In this document: in pieces, positions 47,244 to 56,896 of the stretch
Numbering within the stretch: the stretch's first letter is position 1
Layout: the number at the start of each line of letters is the position of its first letter
Origin: Candidatus Nomurabacteria bacterium
Lineage (GTDB): Bacteria; Patescibacteriota; Minisyncoccia; Phycocordibacterales; UBA9973
Assembly: GCA_016699085.1 (NCBI GenBank)
Contig: CP064958.1
Location: forward strand, 3,785-67,784
DNA length: 64,000 nucleotides
Direction: 5' to 3'
Program-made: the position numbers and the translations under genes
Notes under the pieces: model-generated
Database searches by the model: none
Told to the model about the DNA's origin: nothing
What the model saw: only the letters and a program-made list of their open reading frames with translations

Positions 47244-47939
47244 CTAATCAAGCCAGCCTTTTACTTTTAATGCTTCTTGGGCTGCCTTCTGTTCAGCTTC
47301 TTGTTTTGATTTACCTTTGCCTTGTGCAATAAGTTCACCGCCGAAATAAATGCCAGTGGTAAAGTGCTTATCATGATCGGGACCACTCTCTCCCATAACA
47401 CGGTACAGTGGCGTCACGCCGAAATATTCTTGTGCACGTTCTTGGATCAAACTCTTTGGATCGCGCCATAGCTTCTTGGCAACAATCTCATCCATCAAAG
47501 TAAAAAGTTCATTTGCAATAAATTCTTTTACCGCATCGTAGCCTTGATCAAGATAAATAGCACCCAAGTAGGCTTCAAAGGTATTCGCGAGTATGTATTG
47601 CCTCGCTTTGCCCATATCTTTTGACTCACCTTTAGACAGGAGCAGGAATTCATTCATACCAAGTTTTGTAGCAACTTCTGCAATCGTATTAGCATTAACG
47701 AGTGCTGCGCGAAACGATGTGAGTTCCCCCTCGCTATGGTTTTCGTATTTTTTATAGAGATAGTCCGTGACAACAAGTTCGAGTACTGCATCACCGAGGA
47801 ATTCTAAGCGCTCATTATGCCAAAGCCCAAGCCCCGGATTCTCGTTAATATACGAGCGGTGAATGAACGCCTGCATTAACAGCTTCTTATCGTTGAAAAT
47901 AGTTTTTGTTTTTTGTTCAAATGCTCCAAAATCAATCAT
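47244..47939 (-). CDS. rnc: Ribonuclease III
   Basis: ERLEFLGDAVLELVV RNase III signature, C-terminal dsRBD. Confidence 0.9.
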   Translation of the reverse strand: MIDFGAFEQKTKTIFNDKKLLMQAFIHRSYINENPGLGLWHNERLEFLGDAVLELVVTDYLYKKYENHSEGELTSFRAALVNANTIAEVATKLGMNEFLLLSKGESKDMGKARQYILANTFEAYLGAIYLDQGYDAVKEFIANELFTLMDEIVAKKLWRDPKSLIQERAQEYFGVTPLYRVMGESGPDHDKHFTTGIYFGGELIAQGKGKSKQEAEQKAAQEALKVKGWLD

Positions 47940-48006
47940 ACTAGAGGTTAGACGTTAGGCACTAGGCGCTAGCAATTGCTACAGCCTAAAGCCTAGAGCC
48001 TAAAAT

Positions 48007-48903
48007 TTACTTAGTAATAATTTCGACTGCCTTCGCCAAAAGCGGCAAGATATCATCGTAGGTCTTGATCTCTCCTATTTCATGCAAAGGAAACCACCGT
48101 GCACCATCGAGCCCACCAGAGCTCGAAAGCTTCAAATCTTGGTATGGTGCTTCTGCCAAGAAGAAATGTACCACCTTTCGGATCTTACCTTTTTCTGGGT
48201 GGGATGCAATATATTCTGACTCACCTAATTTTTCGAGCACTTTTATTGGCAATCCTAATTCATCATTGATCTCTCGAACGACTGCGACATCTTCTGCCTC
48301 ATCACCATCAACACCACCTTTGGAAAGTGTCCAGTAACCGAAAACATCATGCACGAGCGCAAGATAAATCACATCGTTAGTCCTCGCGTAAATGACTGCG
48401 CCTGCTTTTTTCTCAACAGGAAGCTTGGTTATATCGATCGGTGTATCATCTTTCTTTTTCTTTGATGTTTGCTCTTTGCCTGGCTCACCGATTTCTTTAT
48501 AGACAGCACCCAAGACGCCATTGACGAACTTGCTCGATGTCTCTCCGCCAAATGCTTTAGCGAGTTCGATGGCTTCATTGATAGCAACTTTTGGCGGCAC
48601 TTGCTCGCGATTACCGAACAAAAGTTCCGCGAGGCCCAATCGTAAAATATTTCGATCAACAACAGAAATTTTATCGAGCGGCCATTCTGGAGCTGCCTTT
48701 TCAATAATTTCATCTATGATGGTACGTTTTTTTAATACGAGTTCAGTCAACTCATGCATGAATTCGAAATCCTCAAGCCCTGGACCGAATTCGCCCTCAT
48801 TGCGCCTGAGTACTTCTTCTATATGCGCATCATCTTTGCTGTTGAAATCCCACTCAAAGAGTGTTTGGAGAACGATTGAACGTGAGAGATGCCGATTTGC
48901 CAT
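48007..48903 (-). CDS. nusB: NusB antitermination factor fused to a C-terminal Nudix hydrolase domain
   Basis: N-terminal 145 aa NusB-like; C-terminal GGVDGDEAEDVAVVREINDELGL Nudix box (GX5EX7REVXEEXGU). Confidence 0.8.
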   Translation of the reverse strand: MANRHLSRSIVLQTLFEWDFNSKDDAHIEEVLRRNEGEFGPGLEDFEFMHELTELVLKKRTIIDEIIEKAAPEWPLDKISVVDRNILRLGLAELLFGNREQVPPKVAINEAIELAKAFGGETSSKFVNGVLGAVYKEIGEPGKEQTSKKKKDDTPIDITKLPVEKKAGAVIYARTNDVIYLALVHDVFGYWTLSKGGVDGDEAEDVAVVREINDELGLPIKVLEKLGESEYIASHPEKGKIRKVVHFFLAEAPYQDLKLSSSGGLDGARWFPLHEIGEIKTYDDILPLLAKAVEIITK

Positions 48904-48989
48904 AAATAAGGAACAAAGTTATAGATTAGAGTGCCACATAGATATGTATCTACTGTAACATATTTTTCTCTGGGGAAACAATACTAAAG

Positions 48990-49208
48990 CTACTTTTTGA
49001 GTGCCTTTGCCTTAGCAGCTTTTTTCTCTGCTTTTGCCGTCACATTCATGACGGTTTTGCCCCGATAGGTGCCAGTCGTGAGAGAAACATGGTGGCGCAA
49101 GTGTGCTACCCCAGTTTCTTTATCAATAGAAAAAAGCTTGCGCTTGAGTGCGTGATGAGAGCGTCTATTTGCAGTGTGACTGCGCGTATGTCGCATTCGG
49201 ACTACCAT
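48990..49208 (-). CDS. rpmF: 50S ribosomal protein L32
   Basis: RHTRSHTANRRSHHAL matches L32 N-terminal motif. Confidence 0.8.
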   Translation of the reverse strand: MVVRMRHTRSHTANRRSHHALKRKLFSIDKETGVAHLRHHVSLTTGTYRGKTVMNVTAKAEKKAAKAKALKK

Positions 49209-49238
49209 GCGAGAAACTGTAGCATAGAAAATATTTCT

Positions 49239-49832
49239 TTACAAGTCTTGGTGTATATAGGTTTTGCGGTGGAGGGGCGATAGTCCATATTTACTGATTG
49301 CTAGGTAATGCGCCTTCGTACCATAACCTTTGTGGACATCGAATCCATAGCCAGGGTATTTTTTCCCCATGGTTGCCATATATCTATCTCGCAGTACTTT
49401 CGCACAAATAGAAGCACACGAAATCACTGGTTCTTTTTCATCACCTTTGATAATGGTTGTTTGATTTGTATATATAAACGGCGCCTTGAGTCCTCCATCG
49501 AGTACCATACGTTCTTTAGATTTGATTTTTAGTTTTTTGAGACAGTTGATCAATGCTTTACTAATTGCTTGATTAATACCGATTCGATCTATTTCTTTGG
49601 CACTAATCAAAACGACTGCAAAGTCACAATGCTTTTCTTTTTGCCATATCTTAAATCTAGCAAACCATTTTTCCCTCTGTAATGCAGTTAACTTCTTCGA
49701 ATCCCGAAGCGGTAAGGCTATTTTTCTAATGAGCGATCTGTAATTTGAAATTTTGAATTCAAAAACTCCAACAGCCACAGGACCCGCTATTGGTCCTCGT
49801 CCCGCTTCATCAATACCGACAATAGTTTGCAT
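49239..49832 (-). CDS. rnhB: Ribonuclease HII
   Basis: IVGIDEAGRGPIAGPVAVG; start taken at MQTIVGID. Confidence 0.85.
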   Translation of the reverse strand: MQTIVGIDEAGRGPIAGPVAVGVFEFKISNYRSLIRKIALPLRDSKKLTALQREKWFARFKIWQKEKHCDFAVVLISAKEIDRIGINQAISKALINCLKKLKIKSKERMVLDGGLKAPFIYTNQTTIIKGDEKEPVISCASICAKVLRDRYMATMGKKYPGYGFDVHKGYGTKAHYLAISKYGLSPLHRKTYIHQDL

Positions 49833-50215
49833 AGTTTGATTGTAGCAAAAGAAAAGCCCGCCATCTTTTAGAGATGACGGGATGTTAAAAATTTCAATGA
49901 CTCTGGCAGTATCAATACGAGTCACGGACTCGCAAAGCATGATATGTCTTTATTCAAGCCTTCAGGGAACACGGTCCCCTTTTTCGCCTCAAAAGTTCGA
50001 GTTGATGGTTTTACTTTCTGATGTGGAATATTGCGGCTAAAACAAATTTGAAGGCAGCGTTATTCGAAATCAAGGAAAGTCCAAAAAGTACGCTATTTTT
50101 TATTGGCAGAAGCGAATGAACATGAGCTAAAATAGAGTATACGCAAAATCAATTTTTTGTCAAACAAAAACCCCATCAGCATAGCTGTGGGATTGGGACT
50201 GTTAAGTACTTTTAT

Positions 50216-51268
50216 TTATTCAGTTCTACACTCTTCTGTATTGCCAACATACTCTCTTAATGCCTTAAAAAAATCATCCAAGGAACCATTATCTTCTCTC
50301 CACAACTTCAATGCTGTGTTTGGTTTTTCTTCTGGCCCTTCAGGAATTCTTACATATTTTCTTTCTGGTGATTTACTACCAGATAAAATCATTACCATAA
50401 CGAAAACTATGAATATCACTATTGCAAAAAAATTCAGTTGCATAGCAATATCACCATTACTTGCAGATGCATTATTAGCAATCAAGAGGAGCATCAAACT
50501 TGCTGCAACTTTTGAAAGTAACCTTAAATAATTGTATGCAGGTACCGGCTCAACTGTCGCCCATTCGTATTGATGGGCAGTTTGCGTAACACCATATGGT
50601 TCTTCTTCTAACATATCTACCATTTCTGTCTTTTGATTTTCTTCTTCAATAGCCAAAGTTGCGACCAATCGAGATTTATCACGTCTTTCTTTCCATATCT
50701 TATAACTAGCTATAAGAAGTACAAAAGCAACAAGAATGCCATATATTTTGTATAATTTCGCATCGCTTTCTCGTACCTGCTCTGCATGCAATTGCATAGC
50801 CTCTCTTTCTTTTTTAGAATACTGGCTGGCAGTATCCTTTGATACCGGAATCATATTCGATATACCATTTGGGACTGGATATGCTTCTTTGAAAGCATCT
50901 TCAGCAGTCGTCTGTGCTGTTTTGATTGCAACACTTTCAGCTGTAACAGCAGAGCTATTTTCATGATTTCCTTGTAGGTATCTATAAACGATTTCACTCG
51001 CAGTTTCCAAAGGTTGATTTAAGTGTTGGATAATCTGATTATTACCGAGGTTGAATTTAAAAATTCTACCCTCCTTAATATGATCCATATCATGAATATT
51101 CTTCATTCCTGGATTAAGGGTAATAGAATTCATGAGAATTTGTCTTGTACTATCCATTAGACTGGATTTCGCGGAAGCGGTTAAGGTACAAATTACAAAC
51201 ATTGTGACAATGAGAAGTATATTTTTCATTTGTTCGATTGTTTTAGAAGTTTGGCTGTATTGTAGCAT
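50216..51268 (-). CDS. Hypothetical secreted/membrane protein
   Basis: Signal peptide plus internal TM helices. Confidence 0.5.
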   Translation of the reverse strand: MLQYSQTSKTIEQMKNILLIVTMFVICTLTASAKSSLMDSTRQILMNSITLNPGMKNIHDMDHIKEGRIFKFNLGNNQIIQHLNQPLETASEIVYRYLQGNHENSSAVTAESVAIKTAQTTAEDAFKEAYPVPNGISNMIPVSKDTASQYSKKEREAMQLHAEQVRESDAKLYKIYGILVAFVLLIASYKIWKERRDKSRLVATLAIEEENQKTEMVDMLEEEPYGVTQTAHQYEWATVEPVPAYNYLRLLSKVAASLMLLLIANNASASNGDIAMQLNFFAIVIFIVFVMVMILSGSKSPERKYVRIPEGPEEKPNTALKLWREDNGSLDDFFKALREYVGNTEECRTE

Positions 51269-51461
51269 TTATAATTGCAAATGTCAATAAAGCTTATTTT
51301 ATTGCTTATATGGTTCATTGACATAGCATTTCCAATGCTTTATAGTTAGTTTTCCCTATCACAAATCTAGCTGTAAACCGTTAGAATAGGGCTAGTGGCA
51401 AAGTGAAATACCTTTTTGCGATGTTTTACTTTTCACTATCATTTTATTAGTAAGAGTAGTT

Positions 51462-52082
51462 ATGGAGGCCATTTTGGCTAACAAACGCTCATTTTATAAC
51501 CATATGAAACCAACACTCAAAACAAAAGTATTGGGCACATTCGTTTTTGTTGTGCTAGCCCTCGGTGTTTCTTTCATGAGTTACTCTAATGCATTTGCAA
51601 AATTAGTGACTCAAGGTACGAAAGTTAATGCGACAGGTACAATCCTTTCTATGGACACTGAAGCACAGTCATTTGTGTTTCAAGGTACAGCGACAGGCGT
51701 TGTGACAGTCTATGTAACTGAAGGCACGATGTTTGGTGGTAACCTCGCTGGTCTGTCAGACTTATCAGCTGGTGACACTATTCAAGTCGTAAACCAGAAG
51801 ACTGAAGGCGTAAACTATGCCCTCAAGATTCGAGAAATCAACACTGGCGCAGGCTACGGCTATGGCCCTAATCAAGTTTCTATCGCTAAGGCAATGGTAG
51901 TTTCTACATCAGAAAACCATGTCCTTGTCGCTGTTGGTCAAACCAATATTGACATCACGGTTAATGCTGCAACAACATTTGTTGGAACAACATTTGAAGA
52001 TATCACAGCTGGCGATATGCTTATGATTACTGGTGCTGATACAGGTACAGAATACGTCGCAGATATGGTTACACTTTTGTAA
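51462..52082 (+). CDS. Hypothetical secreted protein with internal repeats
   Basis: N-terminal TM/signal; repeated VTxGTxF..ITAGD segments. Confidence 0.5.
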   Translation: MEAILANKRSFYNHMKPTLKTKVLGTFVFVVLALGVSFMSYSNAFAKLVTQGTKVNATGTILSMDTEAQSFVFQGTATGVVTVYVTEGTMFGGNLAGLSDLSAGDTIQVVNQKTEGVNYALKIREINTGAGYGYGPNQVSIAKAMVVSTSENHVLVAVGQTNIDITVNAATTFVGTTFEDITAGDMLMITGADTGTEYVADMVTLL

Positions 52083-52108
52083 TCCATCTCAAAGACAAAT
52101 AATAAAAG

Positions 52109-52132
52109 CCGCATATATGCGGCTTTTATTAT
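52109..52132. terminator. Bidirectional terminator
   Basis: aagccgcatat-atgcggctt perfect palindrome flanked by A/T runs between convergent genes. Confidence 0.7.
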
Positions 52133-52138
52133 TGCTCC

Positions 52139-53794
52139 CTATTCAAATTCGTAGACTATGATCGTTGGTGTATCGAGCACTACCTTGAGTTCCGACGATT
52201 CGGTAATGCGCCAGTATTTCTGCCAGTCAGATTCTTTAAGTAAGACTATGTAGCCCACATTATTCGCCTTGAGTGTTGCTACAGCTTCAGGGGTTGGTGT
52301 TACGCCTTGCACCCAAAGCGTGATGAAGACTTCCCATGGGTCAGTTCGTGCACTATCGAGGTAGGCATTATCGACATTTTTACTTGCAACAACTGAATTG
52401 TTAAAAAACATTATTGCAGGATTCACGATTCGGCGATAATTTGCAAATGAAATATCCATATATTGATGCCACGGCAGTAAGAGCACCGCTTTCGTATCTT
52501 CACCGACAACATACTTTGAATCGATGTAGGTTCTGGCACTATACCAATCTTTCGGATACTCACTCGGTGTAAGTTGACCTTGATACCCCCAAGCCATCGG
52601 ATAAATAGCTACCAAGGTCACAGCAACCAGTCCTGCTACTAGTGTTCGTCGAGCAACTATTTTATTTTTAAAATAAAGTTCCGTCATAACGAGCACGCCG
52701 TATGAAACGAGGAATGCATATGACAATGCGATCAGCCCACTTAGCTTTTCTGTTTCCCGCAATCCTTTAAATCCTGGGACGACCCCCAAGAGCCAATCAA
52801 CAATTGCTTTGGAAAATGCACTACCATAACCAACAGAAACTATAACTACCGGGATAAACGTCACAAAGAGTATAAATGGTAACAGATTGCGATTTTTTTC
52901 TTGCCAAGCACGCCGTATACCAAAGCTTGCAATGAGGATATATAAACCAGGCACAACAAACCAATACGGATTTGTATCTTTAGGCAGTAGTTCATCGCTA
53001 CTCCAAAAGCCGTAGAGTCCAAGCACATTAGGATACACACCGAGCTTCTGATCAGCCGTGGTGGCAAACGCGCGAAAATCTGTTGTCACGATTTCTTGAT
53101 ATGAGGAATCTTTTTTGTGTAATGCCCCATAAAGCCAAAAGCTATTGACGACACCAACACAGACGATGACAGCAAGCACTACTTTGCATGCACGCAAAAC
53201 TTGCGCTCGAGAAAAAAGGTTTCGATTAATGACAACCCACCCTAGCATATACACGAAACCAAACGCGTATGCAATGTACGCAAAGTGAAGTGAGAATATC
53301 GGATAGAGTGAAGCAACAATAGCAAATTTAATAATATGTTTTTTAGTTGGAGCATTGACGAGTGTTACAAGATACGAAATAAAAATCGGCAACATCCCAT
53401 AACCTGCCATAACGAGCCATTGACCTGAGAAAAATCGCTCATAGACCCATGGATTTGCCATGTAGATGATACCCGAGAGTGTAGCGAGAGATCGAGAAAA
53501 GTATTTTTTACTGAGGCGATACATAGCAATACCTGGCAACAGTAAGACCCCAGCAAGCAGTAATTTCGTTGTGAGTGGCGTGCCAATACTTTGTGCTACG
53601 ACGTAGAGAATATATCGAAGCGGATAGTTTGATGGAATAATACCTCCTGTGATAGGTTGCACATGCATATCTGGCGGAAAGCCCATATCGAGGAGAAATA
53701 TATATCCAGGCGCAAACAGTGGCACCATGACTGCCATAACGAAAGCAACGAACAGGATATAGGGTAGATATTTCTCTATGGTTTGCATATGCAT
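52139..53794 (-). CDS. Large polytopic membrane protein (possible GT-C-type glycosyltransferase)
   Basis: 551 aa, more than 10 predicted TM helices; function not assignable from sequence. Confidence 0.55.
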   Translation of the reverse strand: MHMQTIEKYLPYILFVAFVMAVMVPLFAPGYIFLLDMGFPPDMHVQPITGGIIPSNYPLRYILYVVAQSIGTPLTTKLLLAGVLLLPGIAMYRLSKKYFSRSLATLSGIIYMANPWVYERFFSGQWLVMAGYGMLPIFISYLVTLVNAPTKKHIIKFAIVASLYPIFSLHFAYIAYAFGFVYMLGWVVINRNLFSRAQVLRACKVVLAVIVCVGVVNSFWLYGALHKKDSSYQEIVTTDFRAFATTADQKLGVYPNVLGLYGFWSSDELLPKDTNPYWFVVPGLYILIASFGIRRAWQEKNRNLLPFILFVTFIPVVIVSVGYGSAFSKAIVDWLLGVVPGFKGLRETEKLSGLIALSYAFLVSYGVLVMTELYFKNKIVARRTLVAGLVAVTLVAIYPMAWGYQGQLTPSEYPKDWYSARTYIDSKYVVGEDTKAVLLLPWHQYMDISFANYRRIVNPAIMFFNNSVVASKNVDNAYLDSARTDPWEVFITLWVQGVTPTPEAVATLKANNVGYIVLLKESDWQKYWRITESSELKVVLDTPTIIVYEFE

Positions 53795-54174
53795 TATTTT
53801 TTAGCCTTGGCTTCCCTGCTGTATTCCCAGATCTGTTTGATAACACCGATTGATAAGAAATAAAATGCAAAGGTTGCTACTCGCTCGGCCGTTGCATCTG
53901 TTATAACGAACATAAACTTAGTCAAAATCAAAAGTATCGGAATAAGAATGAGACATACCAATGCGCACGTGATAGCAAATCTCGAGTCAATATGCCAGTA
54001 GAATAATGCCGTTGCAAATGCCAAAAATACTCCCCCTTCGAAACTCAAAACTACAGTACCCAAAACAACAACGAGCGCAACTAGGCCTGCACCTATATAG
54101 TCACGCTTGTGTAATGTTGTGAGCCACCCATAGACATCACCAGGAGTTAGTAGATAGTCAGTAAGTCTTGCCAT
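53794..54174 (-). CDS. Small 4-TM membrane protein (GtrA-like?)
   Basis: 126 aa, overlaps downstream gene start by 1 nt (operon). Confidence 0.45.
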   Translation of the reverse strand: MARLTDYLLTPGDVYGWLTTLHKRDYIGAGLVALVVVLGTVVLSFEGGVFLAFATALFYWHIDSRFAITCALVCLILIPILLILTKFMFVITDATAERVATFAFYFLSIGVIKQIWEYSREAKAKK

Positions 54175-54268
54175 AATGTATACAGCCTAGCACGAAAACT
54201 ATCGAGTCATAAGCACTTTACAAAAATGGTGATGAGAGTACAGTACAGAGGAACCTAAACCTCTTTAT

Positions 54269-54784
54269 ATGGGAATCTACGGAGAAATTAAGGCAAGACC
54301 AGAAAAATACACCGTAAACACTATGGACGTTGGAGATATAGCATATTTAGATCCAAGTGAAATCATCATTACAAGAAAAGCTATTATTGTTGATTTATTA
54401 TCGTATGTGCTATTTCCTGAAGATGTAACAAAAAAAGAAATTACAACTCTGATACAAATTAAACGTATTGGAAGTGGAATAACTGAAAAGGACTTCATGC
54501 TCTACTTTCCAAAAAAATTAAATTTTGTTTTTATTATAAGAGGAATGGGTGTATATTTTGAATCTCTGGACGAAAAAATGTTTAACGTTATATTCTATAC
54601 ATTCCACCTTGACTTAAGTTACTGGCCCCGAGATGAAGAGGAGAAAATCGCCCCATCCATAAAAGAAGTAGATCTTAAACAAGCATTGAATCATGCAGTG
54701 GAAACTGAAAACTATGAGGAAGCTATTCGACTTAGAGAGGAAATAAGAAAGAAAAAGACACAAAATAAAAACCCTAAAAGCTGA
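54269..54784 (+). CDS. UVR-domain-containing protein
   Basis: C-terminal ALNHAVETENYEEAIRLREEIRKK resembles UvrB/UvrC UVR motif. Confidence 0.5.
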   Translation: MGIYGEIKARPEKYTVNTMDVGDIAYLDPSEIIITRKAIIVDLLSYVLFPEDVTKKEITTLIQIKRIGSGITEKDFMLYFPKKLNFVFIIRGMGVYFESLDEKMFNVIFYTFHLDLSYWPRDEEEKIAPSIKEVDLKQALNHAVETENYEEAIRLREEIRKKKTQNKNPKS

Positions 54785-54866
54785 TCGCAAGATCAGTTTT
54801 TTCTTTTGACAAATACATAGTTTAGGGTAGGATGATACTGTTTTTCGTTCATTTAAAACTATACCC

Positions 54867-55631
54867 ATGATACACATACCTGCTTATGTCATAGCCATAA
54901 TGCCCAATAAAACCAGAAGGTTATTCATTAATGAAAAAGTCGCAGCACAATGTGGTGCTCGTGTTATTACCGAAAGTCCAAGCAGTACAATCTTTGAAAC
55001 CAAGGCAGAATTGCGCGAAGCATTGAAACTCGAAGCCCGTAGAAATACTATCGAAGCTTTTATGAAAACCGTGGGTCACTCAAAAGATAGAGGAAGAATT
55101 GTGACGGTTCTGTCCTATACACCGGAAGAATTCTCAACATACCTCACAGCAAAAGGTATCAAAGTAGGTACTGCCGGTACATTGAAAAATCTGATGGTAA
55201 CCAAGGGTTACTTTACGTTCTTTGACTTCCTAGAGCGAATAAGTTCACAGAAGCTCGCCAGCATGATCGGTTACGGAGATACATATATTCATACTATTCG
55301 ACAAGTTATTGAAGAAGAAAAAATTCCATGGGAATTAATATTCAAAAAAAGGAAACCGAGGAAAATGAGTAACGAAAAAATTAAAGCTCTACTTAAAAAG
55401 CCGATAGCTGATCTTATCGAACTGGGGCTTGATCATAGAATATGCCTACGCATGCAACGTACTACTGGCGCGAAAAATCTGAGGGAGTTTATTACTAGCA
55501 AACAAGACTACGAAAACAAGGGCGAAGAAATCCATAGTTTTGGCAAAAAAGCTTTGTTAGAATTGGAAAATTTTTTGGAAGACAGAGGTATACCACGAGA
55601 TATTGACCTCAATAAATACTTTTCTGAATAA
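54867..55631 (+). CDS. Hypothetical protein with helix-hairpin-helix-like C-terminus
   Basis: 254-aa ORF. Confidence 0.45.
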   Translation: MIHIPAYVIAIMPNKTRRLFINEKVAAQCGARVITESPSSTIFETKAELREALKLEARRNTIEAFMKTVGHSKDRGRIVTVLSYTPEEFSTYLTAKGIKVGTAGTLKNLMVTKGYFTFFDFLERISSQKLASMIGYGDTYIHTIRQVIEEEKIPWELIFKKRKPRKMSNEKIKALLKKPIADLIELGLDHRICLRMQRTTGAKNLREFITSKQDYENKGEEIHSFGKKALLELENFLEDRGIPRDIDLNKYFSE

Positions 55632-55708
55632 GTTTATTTTTACTTTACACCAGCGAACCTGGTGTATTTTTATTTTTATTTTTTAGTACCATATCGTTTC
55701 TCATACAA

Positions 55709-55760
55709 TTTGCTCCTATAATCTATATATACGGCCGTATATATAGATTATAGGAGCAAA
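55709..55760. repeat. Perfect 52-bp palindrome
   Basis: tttgctcctataatctatatatacgg|ccgtatatatagattataggagcaaa, zero mismatches, no spacer. Confidence 0.9.
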
Positions 55761-55806
55761 AAGTGAAGAATTAGAGGATTAGGGGTTAAAGTGGTCGATG
55801 GTATCA

Positions 55807-55835
55807 TTGACTTTTCTATTAATTTATGCTATGCT
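55807..55835 (+). promoter_or_regulatory. Sigma-70-type promoter P0 (TTGACT-N17-TATGCT)
   Basis: Same architecture as P1-P3 downstream. Confidence 0.5.
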
Positions 55836-55872
55836 GTTTGCATTCATTGTTCATTGATAAAAAAGTATACAC

Positions 55873-56241
55873 ATGCAAAAGATAACCTTAAAGTCATTTA
55901 GAGATTCCAATCTCGGGTTAATCATCTGGGTTTTGGGATTAGTGTTTGGAGAAATATTAAAATTTATATTCTCCCCTTTTGTGTTTATGTTTTCACCCTC
56001 TAGGAAACTTGCATACAAGCTTGCCTGCTCAAAAAAATTCGTATACTGGCGTAAAATCACCAGAGATGGCAGTGTTATCACTGTAAGTGCCCATCATGGG
56101 CATGCTGAAAAACCTGAATTCGTGCAAATATATGAATTTGATACATCAAATAATACATACGAGGAATACAGAAATACCGACAACGGTAAACAGAACCACA
56201 TAAAAGGAACGCTGAAAGTAGGAATAAAAAAGTTCACCTAA
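55873..56241 (+). CDS. Hypothetical small membrane protein
   Basis: 122 aa, N-terminal TM helices. Confidence 0.5.
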   Translation: MQKITLKSFRDSNLGLIIWVLGLVFGEILKFIFSPFVFMFSPSRKLAYKLACSKKFVYWRKITRDGSVITVSAHHGHAEKPEFVQIYEFDTSNNTYEEYRNTDNGKQNHIKGTLKVGIKKFT

Positions 56242-56253
56242 AAACAAACCCAG

Positions 56254-56556
56254 ATGCAAAACATTACCGAGTTCGAAAATTTCCTTTTCGCTAATCTATT
56301 GGGTTACGTAACGAGAACTGCTACCTCAAAAAAGGAGGCAGATAATTTTTTTCAAACGTTTAAGAAAGACCTCAACAAGCAGGTCTGGGATCTGCTCGAA
56401 GAGCATGATGTAGCTGTGTTTGTACAAATCAACGCAGCAATTGAGGAACTCAGGGATTACTCACTGGGTTTTGGTGATAAAGAAAAGTGGTGTCTGCGTT
56501 TTGTAAATAATCTCAAGACGCATACGCAAAGTGAAACATTTGAGTATAGTAACTAA
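56254..56556 (+). CDS. Hypothetical small protein
   Basis: 100 aa, 12 nt after previous gene. Confidence 0.5.
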   Translation: MQNITEFENFLFANLLGYVTRTATSKKEADNFFQTFKKDLNKQVWDLLEEHDVAVFVQINAAIEELRDYSLGFGDKEKWCLRFVNNLKTHTQSETFEYSN

Positions 56557-56585
56557 TATCATATTGCCAATATGGCCATAAGCAA

Positions 56586-56615
56586 AAGCGATCGCACGAT
56601 CGCTTTTTATTTTTC
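56586..56615 (+). terminator. Rho-independent terminator
   Basis: aagcgatcg-cac-gatcgctt + tttttattttt. Confidence 0.65.
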
Positions 56616-56630
56616 GATCCCAATTTTTGG

Positions 56631-56668
56631 AAAAATAAAAAGCATCTACCTAGTAGATGCTTTTGTTT
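56631..56668. terminator. Bidirectional terminator
   Basis: agcatctac-cta-gtagatgct flanked by A-run and T-run. Confidence 0.65.
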
Positions 56669-56682
56669 GTATCATTTCTTCT

Positions 56683-56784
56683 CTAATCACTTGCCATGAT
56701 AGCAAACATGAGGAACAGGAAACCGAGGAAGTAACAACCTGTGAAGAATAAGACAAAAGCTACAACAAAAAAGAAAAGTGCCAT
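56683..56784 (-). CDS. 33-aa hydrophobic peptide MALFFFVVAFVLFFTGCYFLGFLFLMFAIMASD with its own promoter and terminator
   Basis: Minus-strand ATG..TAG; upstream TTGACT-N17-TATAAA promoter (about 56838..56866 minus strand); ends at bidirectional terminator. Confidence 0.35.
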   Translation of the reverse strand: MALFFFVVAFVLFFTGCYFLGFLFLMFAIMASD

Positions 56785-56896
56785 AGTCTGAAAATTTAGG
56801 TTAAGAAATTTTTTATTTTGTTTGATATATTTATAGCATAAATATATAGTAAAGTCAATACAAGCCTTCTATCTTAGTATTTAAAATATAGATTAT

